Of a DNA stretch of 64,000 nucleotides, positions 54,216 through 64,000 are shown one piece after another. The notes beneath the pieces are model-generated. The model had not been told where the DNA came from. It saw only the letters and a program-made list of their open reading frames with translations, and did not search any database. This stretch comes from Prevotella sp. (GTDB taxonomy: Bacteria > Bacteroidota > Bacteroidia > Bacteroidales > Dysgonomonadaceae): NCBI GenBank assembly GCA_031285625.1, contig JAITVV010000056.1:139975-203974 (forward strand), given 5' to 3'. A program made the position numbers and the translations under genes. Within the stretch, counting starts at the first letter, position 1; each line of letters starts with the position of its first letter.

Positions 54216-57200
54216 TTAAAATGAAAGATTAAGACCAAATACGTAGCTAGCTGTAATAGGATATGGAAATGTATTACCCATAGGGTATTCAGGATCAAAC
54301 CCTTTAGGTAGTGAGTCGAACGTAAAGAGATTATTTCCCGAAGCGTACACTCTTACACTATTCAGTCCCATCTTCCTGGTCAAAGTTGTGGGAATAGTAT
54401 AACCTATATTTATATTTTTAATTCTCAGATAAGCAGCATTATACTTCCAAAAATCCGAAACTTCGAAATTATTGTGAGATGAACCGTCTATTAAGCGAGG
54501 ATATTTTGCATTAGGATTATCTTCAGTCCAATAGTCTAAATGCCATGTTTGCATTTGTCCCATATTGTAGAATGCAAATGAGTTAGATCCATCAAGATAG
54601 GTGTCTCGTTTCCCTACACCTTGCAATAGGATGGACAAATCAAACCCTTTATATTCAAAATTCAAATCTATTCCGTAAGCATATCTCGGTATATTGCTAC
54701 CCACAACCACTCTATCATCTGCATTAATTTTACCATCTGTTGCATCTAAGGTACCATCTCCATCACTATCTACTGTCAATTGGTCTACATATCGGATATC
54801 TCCAGGTTGAAGAGTTCCAAATTGAGTTGCATGTCCAGTTATTTCTTCATTATTTTGAAAAAAACCATCAGATTTATACATATACAAAGCATTTAGTGGT
54901 TCTCCCTCCTTTATTATAGTAAAACGGCTGATATACGGACCAGTTCCTCTAAGATCAACAACTTTGTTCTTGACATCAGAAAGAGAGATACGAGCTGAAT
55001 ATTTGAAGTCTCCAATTTGATCTCTATATGCCAAACTAAATTCCCAACCTTTATTTTCAACCTTTGCTGCATTTTGATAAGGTGCCTCTAATCCGATTAT
55101 ATCAGAAATCGGTAGTTTTATTAAAATGTCATCAGTTACTTTCTTGTAAATATCAAAAGAACCTGATAGTCTACTGAATATCTGAAAATCTAGTCCAATG
55201 TTAGTAGATGTTGTCGTTTCCCATGATAAATCTTCATTTGCCATTTCGGTTAACGCCATTCCACTAACCGGTTCGCCATTTAGTACATAATTGATACCTA
55301 ATGAATGAACAGACGCAAATGGATAATTACCCTGAATATCCTGATTTCCTAGTTTTCCCCAGGAAGTACGTAATTTCAATTGATTTAGCCAATTTATCTC
55401 TTTCAAGAAAGCCTCTTGATGTATATTCCATCCAAAAGAGAAAGATGGGAATGATCCGTATCTATTGGAGCCTAAGAATCGAGATGAACCATCTCTTCTA
55501 ATATTAGCTTCAAATAGATACCTATTATCATAGCTATAATTCAACCGTCCAAAATAAGAACGTAAAGCCCATTCTTCACCCGAACCATTATTGGTCATAT
55601 TGTTCTTATCTCCAGCATTTAAAACAGGATAATCTGTAAAAGTAAAATTCTCTCTGCCTGCATTAAAATAGTTTGTTGTATAATCTATTTGTTCGTATCC
55701 AGCCAAAAATGATATATTATGTTTATCTAATAGCGAAAAATCATAAGTAGCAATAGCATTAAAATTGTTCGTTCGGTTTCTTGAAAAAGATTCGGTCAAT
55801 GAAGATTTTGAAGGATTATATAGTGCTGGATCATCTGAATCTGGACGATAAATTGCCACAGGATTAGCAAATCGACTTCCTCTTGACTGTCCATAATCAG
55901 GCATATAATTAGCTGCCACTGTTAACCCTTTTAAGGGTGTAAAAATAGCAGACAGTGTGCCTGATAATCCCATATAATCCACTTTATTTGTACCCCCTTC
56001 ATTTAGCATAGCCTTAAGATTGGGATAGTTCAATGAATTTGTTGAATAACGCCCATTAGGGAGATATACAGCCATCAATGGATTATAACGCTGTAGATCG
56101 AAAATCGTACTTTCTCCTGCTGAAGGTTGTGTCATGGGTGTGAATCTGGCGTATATATCTGCTTTAAACTTAAGCCAATTTGTAGCCTTAATATCATTAT
56201 TGATTCTGATTGAATATCTTCTTATATCGAAGTTTTCAACTAATCCTTTTTGATCCATAAATGACAGATTAACCATCGTTGACAGATTCTCATTTCCTCC
56301 CGATATTCCAATATGATGGTGTTGTTGCAAACCAGATCCGTTGTACATTATATCTTGCCAATTTACATCAGGATATTCATACGAATACAATCCTTTATTT
56401 TCTTGATATTTAGGAATATAATTTTCAGTATCATATATTGGGGTACGTCCAGTATTCGCTACAGCAATATTATTTTTTATCATATGAGTATATCCATCCA
56501 CATATTCAGGTTTGTCTGTAAAACTTTGTATACCTACATATCCACTATAAGTTACTTTTATTTTACCTTGAGATCCTCGTTTTGTTGTTACCAAGATGAC
56601 ACCATTGGCCGCTCTTGATCCATATATAGCTGCAGATGCAGCGTCTTTTAATACCGATATATTTTCAATATCATTGGCATCTAAACCATCTAAACTGCCT
56701 TGTCTTCCATCCACCAAAATCAATGGGTCAGAATTATTTAATGTGCCAGTTCCTCTAATTCGGATTGTTCCTCCATCAGCGCCCGGACGTCCCGAACTTT
56801 GAGTCACTGTAACACCAGGAGCAACACCTTGCAATGCCATTGAAGCGCTAATTACAGGCTTGGAGACCAACGTTTTATTACTTATTGTTTCAACTGCTCC
56901 TGTTAAATTAATCTTCTTTTGGGTTGCATATCCTACTACAATTATTTCATCCAAATCAGTGGTACTTTCTTGCATTTCCACATCAATAAAGCTTGATGTG
57001 GACACATCTACGACAATTGTCTTATAACCCAGGAGGGAAAGCTCTATTTGTCGTTCCCCCTCTGTCAAATCAAGTTTAAATTCTCCTTTTACATTAGAAC
57101 TTGTTCCATTATTTGTCCCTTTTTGTTTTATTACTACACCGGGCAATACTTCTTTTGTCGATTGGTCAACTATTTTTCCCCTAATAGATTTGTCACTTTG

Positions 57201-57293
57201 CGAGAAAAGAAGTACTGTAAAACAGAAGGAAAGAAACGAGATTAATACCCGCCTTACAGAATTGTTTTCAATTTTGATAATCTTCGATTTCAT
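54216..57293 (-). CDS. susC: SusC-family TonB-dependent transporter
   Basis: VLKDAASAAIYGSRAANGVILVTTK, LSWETT and terminal F. Confidence 0.96.
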   Translation of the reverse strand: MKSKIIKIENNSVRRVLISFLSFCFTVLLFSQSDKSIRGKIVDQSTKEVLPGVVIKQKGTNNGTSSNVKGEFKLDLTEGERQIELSLLGYKTIVVDVSTSSFIDVEMQESTTDLDEIIVVGYATQKKINLTGAVETISNKTLVSKPVISASMALQGVAPGVTVTQSSGRPGADGGTIRIRGTGTLNNSDPLILVDGRQGSLDGLDANDIENISVLKDAASAAIYGSRAANGVILVTTKRGSQGKIKVTYSGYVGIQSFTDKPEYVDGYTHMIKNNIAVANTGRTPIYDTENYIPKYQENKGLYSYEYPDVNWQDIMYNGSGLQQHHHIGISGGNENLSTMVNLSFMDQKGLVENFDIRRYSIRINNDIKATNWLKFKADIYARFTPMTQPSAGESTIFDLQRYNPLMAVYLPNGRYSTNSLNYPNLKAMLNEGGTNKVDYMGLSGTLSAIFTPLKGLTVAANYMPDYGQSRGSRFANPVAIYRPDSDDPALYNPSKSSLTESFSRNRTNNFNAIATYDFSLLDKHNISFLAGYEQIDYTTNYFNAGRENFTFTDYPVLNAGDKNNMTNNGSGEEWALRSYFGRLNYSYDNRYLFEANIRRDGSSRFLGSNRYGSFPSFSFGWNIHQEAFLKEINWLNQLKLRTSWGKLGNQDIQGNYPFASVHSLGINYVLNGEPVSGMALTEMANEDLSWETTTSTNIGLDFQIFSRLSGSFDIYKKVTDDILIKLPISDIIGLEAPYQNAAKVENKGWEFSLAYRDQIGDFKYSARISLSDVKNKVVDLRGTGPYISRFTIIKEGEPLNALYMYKSDGFFQNNEEITGHATQFGTLQPGDIRYVDQLTVDSDGDGTLDATDGKINADDRVVVGSNIPRYAYGIDLNFEYKGFDLSILLQGVGKRDTYLDGSNSFAFYNMGQMQTWHLDYWTEDNPNAKYPRLIDGSSHNNFEVSDFWKYNAAYLRIKNINIGYTIPTTLTRKMGLNSVRVYASGNNLFTFDSLPKGFDPEYPMGNTFPYPITASYVFGLNLSF

Positions 57294-57338
57294 AGCATTA
57301 ATATTTAATTTAATTGCAAGTCTTATTTGATTTTTAGA

Positions 57339-59642
57339 TTATTTAATCAATATATTGAAAATAGAAACTGGTACATTTTCTGATGAGTTAGACAGCTTTA
57401 ATGTCAATTTCGATGTTTTTACAGGCTGCTCCAGTGCTATCTTCACAATTGTTTGATAATTGCCCTTGACCTCTGCTATCAGCTTTGAATTTTCGTCATA
57501 AACAGCAATATTATCTACGCAAAATGGCATTTTATCGTCATAATGCCCCCATTGTATAGTTTCCATTGGTTGGTCAAAATCAGAATCCACAAATAAGGTT
57601 ATCTCATTTACCGTTTTAGCATCTTCCCATTCCACTGTTACTTCGGGCTTTTGATCTAATCTATCGGCAACCCAAGCATTTGGTTTTTCAACCGGACGAT
57701 TGACCATTGTCCGTAGATTATTCAAACCGAATACATCCAAAGCTGGAGATATGAACATGGCTACATTATGTCCATCAGGGCGTCTTTCTGGACACCAGAA
57801 CTCAAATTCGTCAACACCTATATCAGCAGGAGGTCTTTGCTTTCCCCAGTTAGATACAGCAGGCATTACTTTGTTAAAAACAGATAATATGCCTGTAATC
57901 CGTTCAGGGGAGAACATCAATTCGACTTTCTCATTAACCATAAAACAAACAAAAGCATAGCAAGAATAAGGTATAGAAGCTTCAAAGTCGATAGTAATAT
58001 CTTGCTCTCCGGTATTTAGGTTTATGGTTTTTGTTTCCAATGTGATATCAGGAGTGTGATTGAATGATTTCGAACTAATCCGTAACTCAACAGTTGATGT
58101 AGTGGCTTCAGTTGCTTTCATCTTAACTGTAAGTGAAGGCATATCCCCTTTTTTCACCGGAAGCATTTGCGCCGATGAATCAGTCAAAGGCCTCCAAAAT
58201 CCTCCATCAAAAGAGATTTTGGAAAGAATCAACTCTGAAGATGAAGTTATTTTTGCATTATCCAACAAATTGTTTATTGTCGGTATTGCTAATTGAGGCA
58301 AATAATTTCCTGTTTCTATAAGGAGTTTTTGTAGCGATACGATTTTCCCTTCTTCAATCAAATCTATTGGGCGATAGCCATTCTGTAAACACAGAAATGC
58401 CGCAGCTCCTATGACTTCGCCTCCAAGTCCGGCTGTAAGCATCACCCGTGTAGAACCAAAGGATACATGGGAAGCACTAATAAGTCGTCCTCCAATGAAA
58501 AGATTGTCAACATCGGCTGTTACATAGCAACGATATGGTATCTGAAACACTCCTTTAGAGTGCCATTGATTACATGCGTTCTTTTTACTGAATACTCCAT
58601 CTGATGGGTGTAAATCGATAGACCATCCCCCGAATGCAACCGCGTCATAGTGAGTGTTTTGATTTATTATATCTTGTTGGTGCAACATATATGGTCCGAC
58701 AAATCTGCGGCTTTCCCTCTTGCCGGGTAAAAGGCCGACCCATTCTAGAGTTTTGGTTTCCGCTTCAGGAAATTTTCCTGAGTTTTTGATATAATCCCAT
58801 ATCCCGTAAACTACTGACCACAATTTGTATTTTATTTCTTCATTATCATAAATGGTGTTCAGGCGTCCTCCATATTCTATCCACCAGTATTTACAACCCA
58901 TTTGATTCATTGGATTGAAATAGTTAGGGTTATGTACACGATGAATCTCTCGTTCTACATCCTCTTTCTTCATAGCAAAATCAGGAGCGATGAATTTTAC
59001 AGGTTTACCAGCATCTTTGAAATAGAATAAGATAGAATTTCCCAATGATTCGCCATATTCTTTTTTATCTTGAGTAAATTTTTCTTCAAATTCGGAGCTG
59101 TCTTCCGCTCCAAAACGGTATGTAGCTCCCGATTGATAACCAATCAGCCCATCGCCTGTCGAATCACAGAATAATCTCCCATTGAAGGTATATGCTGTTT
59201 CAGATGCTGCATTGAAAGCTTCGACGGAAACAATTGTCCTGTCATCAGCTTTATTTACATTGTGTACGGTAGTGTTGAGGAACAAGGAAATGTTTTTTTC
59301 GGCTTTGACCTTGTCTATGAGTACTATATCGAACAGGACAGGATTCCCTTCTTTGTTCCGGTATGTATTCTCTACCAATATTTCGTCTACAATGCCGCCT
59401 TCACGTGCCCAACGGTTGTTATTCCCCATATGCGAAGTCGCACCTAACATCCATACGCGGATTTCACTTGAGCCGGTACCTCCTAGTACCGGACGATCTT
59501 GAATCAAGGCCACTTTTATTCCTTTTCGTGCAGCCGAAATAGAAGCACATACTCCAGTAAGCCCCCCTCCAACAACTACAAGGTCGAATGATAATGACTC
59601 GTGTTTAGTATTTCTAAATGATTTAAAAGTATCTATTAACAT
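57339..59642 (-). CDS. FAD-dependent oxidoreductase (FAD_oxidored type) with C-terminal beta-sandwich
   Basis: DLVVVGGGLTG, QDRPVLGG, DSTGDG, KRESRR and IPYRC motifs. No signal peptide. Confidence 0.88.
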   Translation of the reverse strand: MLIDTFKSFRNTKHESLSFDLVVVGGGLTGVCASISAARKGIKVALIQDRPVLGGTGSSEIRVWMLGATSHMGNNNRWAREGGIVDEILVENTYRNKEGNPVLFDIVLIDKVKAEKNISLFLNTTVHNVNKADDRTIVSVEAFNAASETAYTFNGRLFCDSTGDGLIGYQSGATYRFGAEDSSEFEEKFTQDKKEYGESLGNSILFYFKDAGKPVKFIAPDFAMKKEDVEREIHRVHNPNYFNPMNQMGCKYWWIEYGGRLNTIYDNEEIKYKLWSVVYGIWDYIKNSGKFPEAETKTLEWVGLLPGKRESRRFVGPYMLHQQDIINQNTHYDAVAFGGWSIDLHPSDGVFSKKNACNQWHSKGVFQIPYRCYVTADVDNLFIGGRLISASHVSFGSTRVMLTAGLGGEVIGAAAFLCLQNGYRPIDLIEEGKIVSLQKLLIETGNYLPQLAIPTINNLLDNAKITSSSELILSKISFDGGFWRPLTDSSAQMLPVKKGDMPSLTVKMKATEATTSTVELRISSKSFNHTPDITLETKTINLNTGEQDITIDFEASIPYSCYAFVCFMVNEKVELMFSPERITGILSVFNKVMPAVSNWGKQRPPADIGVDEFEFWCPERRPDGHNVAMFISPALDVFGLNNLRTMVNRPVEKPNAWVADRLDQKPEVTVEWEDAKTVNEITLFVDSDFDQPMETIQWGHYDDKMPFCVDNIAVYDENSKLIAEVKGNYQTIVKIALEQPVKTSKLTLKLSNSSENVPVSIFNILIK

Positions 59643-59738
59643 AATTGATGTGATAAGAAAATGGCAGTATGCAACAGCTAACCCTTTGGGTCAACTATTA
59701 TAGCCTGAATTGTTTATAATAATTAATATTTCTCTAAA

Positions 59739-61412
59739 TTATTTCTTTGTAGCACTTTTGCGACGAAGATAGAATCCGAATAGAATGAGTAACGATCCCA
59801 TACTGATGACAAAAAGATTGGCTGTTGTAGGAATCACTCCTAATATTGCGATTCCAAGTCCTGTGAACATAACCCCAGAGCCTATAACTTTAGCACTAAA
59901 CCTGTTTTCTTCTTTTGCCAACTGTAATTCTTCTTCAGTAAGGTCATTTCTGTTCTGTTCATTTTTGTGCTCCCATTCTTTGTACGGAGTGTATAGGGGC
60001 GATATTTTGTTACTGCATTTATAATACAACTCGAAAAAGATAAGGCAAACTATAGGAAAAGATACTCCGAATATCATTTCTTCCGATCTGTCAAACGAGA
60101 AACTGAATAGCAGTGGAGTTAAGAATTTAAAGAATGCATTCGTTGCTAAACTCAATAAAGTGGTAGTTAATACTGATGTCTTCGTCTGTCGTTTTGAAAA
60201 CAAAGTCCATATTACAGGCAGATATAATGGTACCCCCGTGAGTGCAGCTATGCTGATTACCACATTGACGATTCCTCCCATATTATTTATCATAAGGGCA
60301 ACAACTATAGCTAGTGTACCAATGCAGATAGTGGATATGCGTGCAACTTTCATCAAAGTCTTCTCCGAACTTAAAGGGTTCAACCGCTTGAATATATCGT
60401 TAGTTATTACTCCTGACGATATATTAAGAGTCGCATTCATCGCGCTCGCTGTTGCAAACACCATTCCTGCCAGCATGAGGCCTAATACTCCAGATGGAAG
60501 TACCTCTTTGCAAATCAATAGATAAGCACCTTCGGCTTCTAAACCTTCCAGCCCTGGATTCATTAGTCGGTATATCATCGGAGGTAACATCCACATAACC
60601 GGGCTAATGATATATAACGCACCAAACATCCATCCAACTTTCTTTGCATTTTGCGAAGTGATCACACTTGTATATCGTTGTATATAAGCCCAGTTACCTC
60701 CCAAGAATATTGCATTGTATATTCCAAAAGCGATAATGAAGCCAAGCGAAAAGTCTCCATTGAGGATATTAAAAAATGTATCGGGAGCTGAATTTACAAA
60801 GGCTGTTACTCCTCCGACTTTATCAAAAGACAGCGGAATAAGTATAACTACAGCCACTGTGAGTATTATAAATTGCAGAACATCGGTTGACATTACGGCC
60901 CACAATCCCCCAACCGAAACATATAATACACAGAGTCCGCCTATAAGTAAAATGGATGCATCAAGAGGCAGACCTGTAGAGACTTCTACTATTTTTGCTA
61001 CCGGATACAAAAAAGCTCCGGTGGTGAACAATGAAATAAACAGGAATAGATAAGTATATGCTTTTTGTGTGCTTAATCCCAAACGATTGGTTATATACTC
61101 GGCGACCGTTAGTGAACCTGTTTTGTGCCAACGGGAGGCAATAAATGTACCGACTAAAAAACCGGCTATTGCCATAGTCCATTGAATAGATATAGATACC
61201 CATCCTAACTGATAAGCAATAGATCCCCAAACTACAAATGTTCCGGCAGAATGAAATCCCATAAATAAAGACAATCCGCTAAGTTGCCATGGAACAGCCC
61301 CTCCCGCTGCAAAAAAAGATTTCATATTTTTTCCTTTTCTGGAAAAAAGGAGTCCCATAGTTACAACTCCAGCCGAGAAAAATAAGATGATAATAATATC
61401 AATAAGACTCAT
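59739..61412 (-). CDS. Sodium:solute symporter (SSS)
   Basis: Multi-TM, FFAAGG.VPW, GGLWAVMSTDVLQ and IQRY motifs. Start moved to ATG 61412; -7 box TATATTTG at 61468-75. Confidence 0.9.
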   Translation of the reverse strand: MSLIDIIIILFFSAGVVTMGLLFSRKGKNMKSFFAAGGAVPWQLSGLSLFMGFHSAGTFVVWGSIAYQLGWVSISIQWTMAIAGFLVGTFIASRWHKTGSLTVAEYITNRLGLSTQKAYTYLFLFISLFTTGAFLYPVAKIVEVSTGLPLDASILLIGGLCVLYVSVGGLWAVMSTDVLQFIILTVAVVILIPLSFDKVGGVTAFVNSAPDTFFNILNGDFSLGFIIAFGIYNAIFLGGNWAYIQRYTSVITSQNAKKVGWMFGALYIISPVMWMLPPMIYRLMNPGLEGLEAEGAYLLICKEVLPSGVLGLMLAGMVFATASAMNATLNISSGVITNDIFKRLNPLSSEKTLMKVARISTICIGTLAIVVALMINNMGGIVNVVISIAALTGVPLYLPVIWTLFSKRQTKTSVLTTTLLSLATNAFFKFLTPLLFSFSFDRSEEMIFGVSFPIVCLIFFELYYKCSNKISPLYTPYKEWEHKNEQNRNDLTEEELQLAKEENRFSAKVIGSGVMFTGLGIAILGVIPTTANLFVISMGSLLILFGFYLRRKSATKK

Positions 61413-61511
61413 AATTTTAGTATTTTCAAGTTTCAAATTTACAGGTTATATGTTTTTTATTCTAATGCAAATATATATACCCAAAATTCTCATAGATGTT
61501 AACAGGTACAT

Positions 61512-61539
61512 ATATTTACGAAAACGTTTTCGTAAATAT
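61512..61539. promoter_or_regulatory. LacI-family operator 1
   Basis: Perfect 28-bp palindrome atatttacgaaaacgttttcgtaaatat with a central CG. Confidence 0.85.
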
Positions 61540-61729
61540 GATATTATTCAAGATATTATCGGAACAAGATTTATATATATCAAAACATCTAATTATAAAA
61601 CCATTAACGCTTTATAATTAGATGTTTGTTTATCTACATGATGAATGTATAAGGGTGTATTCATTAAATACAATGATTAAAGCACAAGTATACGGGTATG
61701 ATATGAGACAGATAAATAGGATATTATAA

Positions 61730-61744
61730 TACGAAAACGTTTCC
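61730..61744. promoter_or_regulatory. LacI-family operator 2
   Basis: tacgaaaacgtttcc, about 100 bp upstream of the LacI gene. Confidence 0.7.
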
Positions 61745-61844
61745 AATATATTCAAAAGGAATGTTCTTTCCTAAACATTTTTCACTAACTTTATCTTCTC
61801 AATACAGTCAATCTCTTTCTTATTACATACGATATTAAGCTGCC

Positions 61845-62867
61845 ATGAAAACAACAATAAAAGATATTGCGAAGGTTTTAGACTTATCAATTGCCACTGT
61901 ATCCAGGGCGCTTACAGGGAGTACGGAGATAAGTGAAAAAACCAAGCAAAAGGTACTGAAAAAAGCAAGAGAATTACATTACAAACCCAATATACATGCT
62001 CGTAATCTTCTGAAAAAGAAAAATAATATGATCGGAGTAGTTGTTCCTGAGTTTGTAACATTCTTTTTCCCAGAAATCATAATAGGAATACAAGAAGTAA
62101 TGAATAAAGCCGGGTATCAGGTTCTTATCTGCCAATCGAACGAATCATCACAACAAGAAAGAAAAAACGTAGAGATGCTCGAAAACAGTATGATAGAAGG
62201 CCTAATTATTTCAGTGACAAAAGAATCGCATAACATCGACTTATATCAGCGATTGTTGGACGAGCAATTGCCTATCGTATTTATAAATCGGGTTTTACCT
62301 GACTTGAAAGGTGTCAGTCAGGTCATTATTGATGATCATAAATGGGCCTATGCAGCAGTTGAACATCTCATTAAATGCGGATATACTTGTATTGCTCATT
62401 TGGCAGGGAATGAACACCTACAGGTTACACAGCGTCGGCTGCAAGGATATCTTGATGCCCATCGGGATTACAACATTCCTGTAAAAGAAAACCTGATAAT
62501 GTACGTTGGAATTCAGCAGGACAGGGCTCAGGTGGGTGTCAAATATCTTTTAAGTCTTAAAGAAAAAATTGATGCAATCTTTGCTGTCAACGATCCGGTA
62601 GCTATAGGTTCTATATTGGAGTTGAAAAGGAGAGGATTACGAGTTCCAGAAGACGTTGCTGTTGTAGGGTTTTCCGAGTCGCCGATAGGGCGAATAATGG
62701 AGTTGACAAGTGTTTCGCAACCGACTCTCCAAATGGGACACGCTGCTGCTGAATTATTAATAAAAAAAATAAGTAACTATAATACTCCTTCTGAGATTCG
62801 AATATTGGAGGCAGAATTGAATATTCGAACTACTTCTATTCCGGTTTCCAAACGTTCTAAAAAGTAG
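61845..62867 (+). CDS. LacI-family transcriptional regulator
   Basis: TIKDIAKVLDLSIATVSRAL HTH, YKPN, sugar-binding domain. Divergent from the PUL. Confidence 0.96.
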   Translation: MKTTIKDIAKVLDLSIATVSRALTGSTEISEKTKQKVLKKARELHYKPNIHARNLLKKKNNMIGVVVPEFVTFFFPEIIIGIQEVMNKAGYQVLICQSNESSQQERKNVEMLENSMIEGLIISVTKESHNIDLYQRLLDEQLPIVFINRVLPDLKGVSQVIIDDHKWAYAAVEHLIKCGYTCIAHLAGNEHLQVTQRRLQGYLDAHRDYNIPVKENLIMYVGIQQDRAQVGVKYLLSLKEKIDAIFAVNDPVAIGSILELKRRGLRVPEDVAVVGFSESPIGRIMELTSVSQPTLQMGHAAAELLIKKISNYNTPSEIRILEAELNIRTTSIPVSKRSKK

Positions 62868-63313
62868 TATAGCCTGTTTTCACTAACTGCTCGTGTTTTA
62901 GAAACGAGTGAAGTTTCTTCAAATACTTTTGTTTGCACTGCCTCAAAAGTAACAATCAATACTCCTGATAAAGTGGTGGGGTTCCTCGAACTAGACACGA
63001 CTGGATTTGCTTACTGGGCAGAAATAACAAGCGTTGGCAAAACTTCAACAGTCAATTGGTGATGGACATTTATGGCTGAACTCTATTCTAATAAACCGAA
63101 TTATGTATTTATGATGAAAAGAAATGCTGAGCCTACTATATCGGACTACATAAGTCCGGATATAAGTAGATGCCGAGATGTATCTGCAATAGTTGAGTCT
63201 ACTCGACAAAGAGCCTGAGAAATATATCAATCCATGACTAAAAGATTCATAATTTAATAACTGAATCCGTCATTCACAGTAGCCGTAGTCAAAACAGCAT
63301 CAATGTTGATAAC

Positions 63314-63550
63314 TTACCGTTTTTTTTGATCAGGTTGCTGGCTTCGGCACCACCACCGGTTGCCCCTTACATTTTCCGGCTTTGGTTTTTTCTTTATATT
63401 TTTAGCTGTATCGACTTGTTTTTCGACCTTCTCAACTTTTGGGGAGCTAATATTTCTCGGATCATTCCACGCTACCTTATATTCAGTATCGGCTTTATTC
63501 TCTTTCCACAAATAGGGATACGCATATCCACCTCCCCACCATTTGACTTT
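63314..63550 (-). pseudogene. C-terminal remnant of a gene interrupted by IS630
   Basis: Open frame (KVKWWGGGYAYPYLWKE...AWNDPR) starts exactly at the IS TA junction and has no native start. Confidence 0.5.
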
Positions 63551-64000
63551 TATACTCAAAAAGAATTGTATTGCGACTTAGCCAATCTAAAATTGAGAGT
63601 CAGCAGTGTCTCTAACTCCGGTTTATATTGGTCTATATTTTCAAAGAATCGCAGGATGGCCAGCCTGAACTTTTCCCTGGTTCGGTAGAAGCAAGTATTG
63701 ATAACTTTCTTGCGCATGAACTTCCACAGGCGTTCTATCAGGTTCAGGTTCGGGGAATAGGGTGGAAGAAATACAGGCTTTATCTTTGTGTTTTCCAACC
63801 ATTTGATAAGTTCCTTATTCCTGTAATAGCGGGCGTTGTCTGTAATAATGTATATGATGTCGGCATCAGGATTCTTTTCCGGTACCTTTTGGTAAAGTTC
63901 CCTTGTGCTGGCTGCGTTGACACTTTCACAGTCCAGGGCAATAACATCAGCCGGGTCTTTGGCATTGAGCACGGCATTAATATTAACCCTGTCCCGGCCG
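63551..64000 (-). mobile_element. IS630-family element, 3' part of transposase (CDS ends 63556) and terminal repeat
   Basis: ITDNARYY and LPPYSPNLNLIERLWK (DDE_3) motifs. End TATACTCAAA with TA target. Confidence 0.92.

Larger units (their letters stand above)
34071..64000. mobile_element. Composite genomic island downstream of tRNA-Leu (right boundary not seen)
   Basis: Abrupt switch from core genes to defence, mobilisation, MITE, PUL and IS content after a tRNA. I did not notice a second att copy. Confidence 0.55.

Noticed and set aside
62865-63062. Programmed read-through of the LacI TAG stop
   Set aside because: LacI is already full length. The downstream open frame is better explained as a gene remnant or chance.

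Overview
This is a Bacteroidales chromosome segment. The assignment rests on TAnnTTTG '-7' promoters, SusC/SusD genes and the glsAB locus; Dysgonomonas-like is only my impression. Bases 1-34070 are core genome: rpsU-xerC-hpf-tRNA-Thr x2-tuf-tRNA-Trp-secE-nusG-rplKAJL-rpoBC, a lone sufB, glsAB-ogt-maf, lptD, a transglutaminase-like lipoprotein, manC-ahcY and tRNA-Leu(CAA). From tRNA-Leu to the window end is an accessory, island-like region. It contains (i) an AAA+ ATPase and an S8 protease (IetAS-like) arranged convergently with overlapping 3' ends, (ii) a mobilisable-element module (oriT, MobC, relaxase, excisionase) with no integrase in the window, (iii) a 92-bp MITE whose ends match the IS630 element at the window end, and (iv) a LacI-regulated SusCD locus combining ribose catabolism (nucleoside hydrolase, ribokinase, RbsU-like permease) with GH2, GH16, an FAD oxidoreductase, an SSS symporter and possibly a sialate O-acetylesterase. 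The best candidates for novelty are the convergent IetAS-like pair and the putative ribose-heteroglycan locus. All family calls are by motif recognition, with no database searches.
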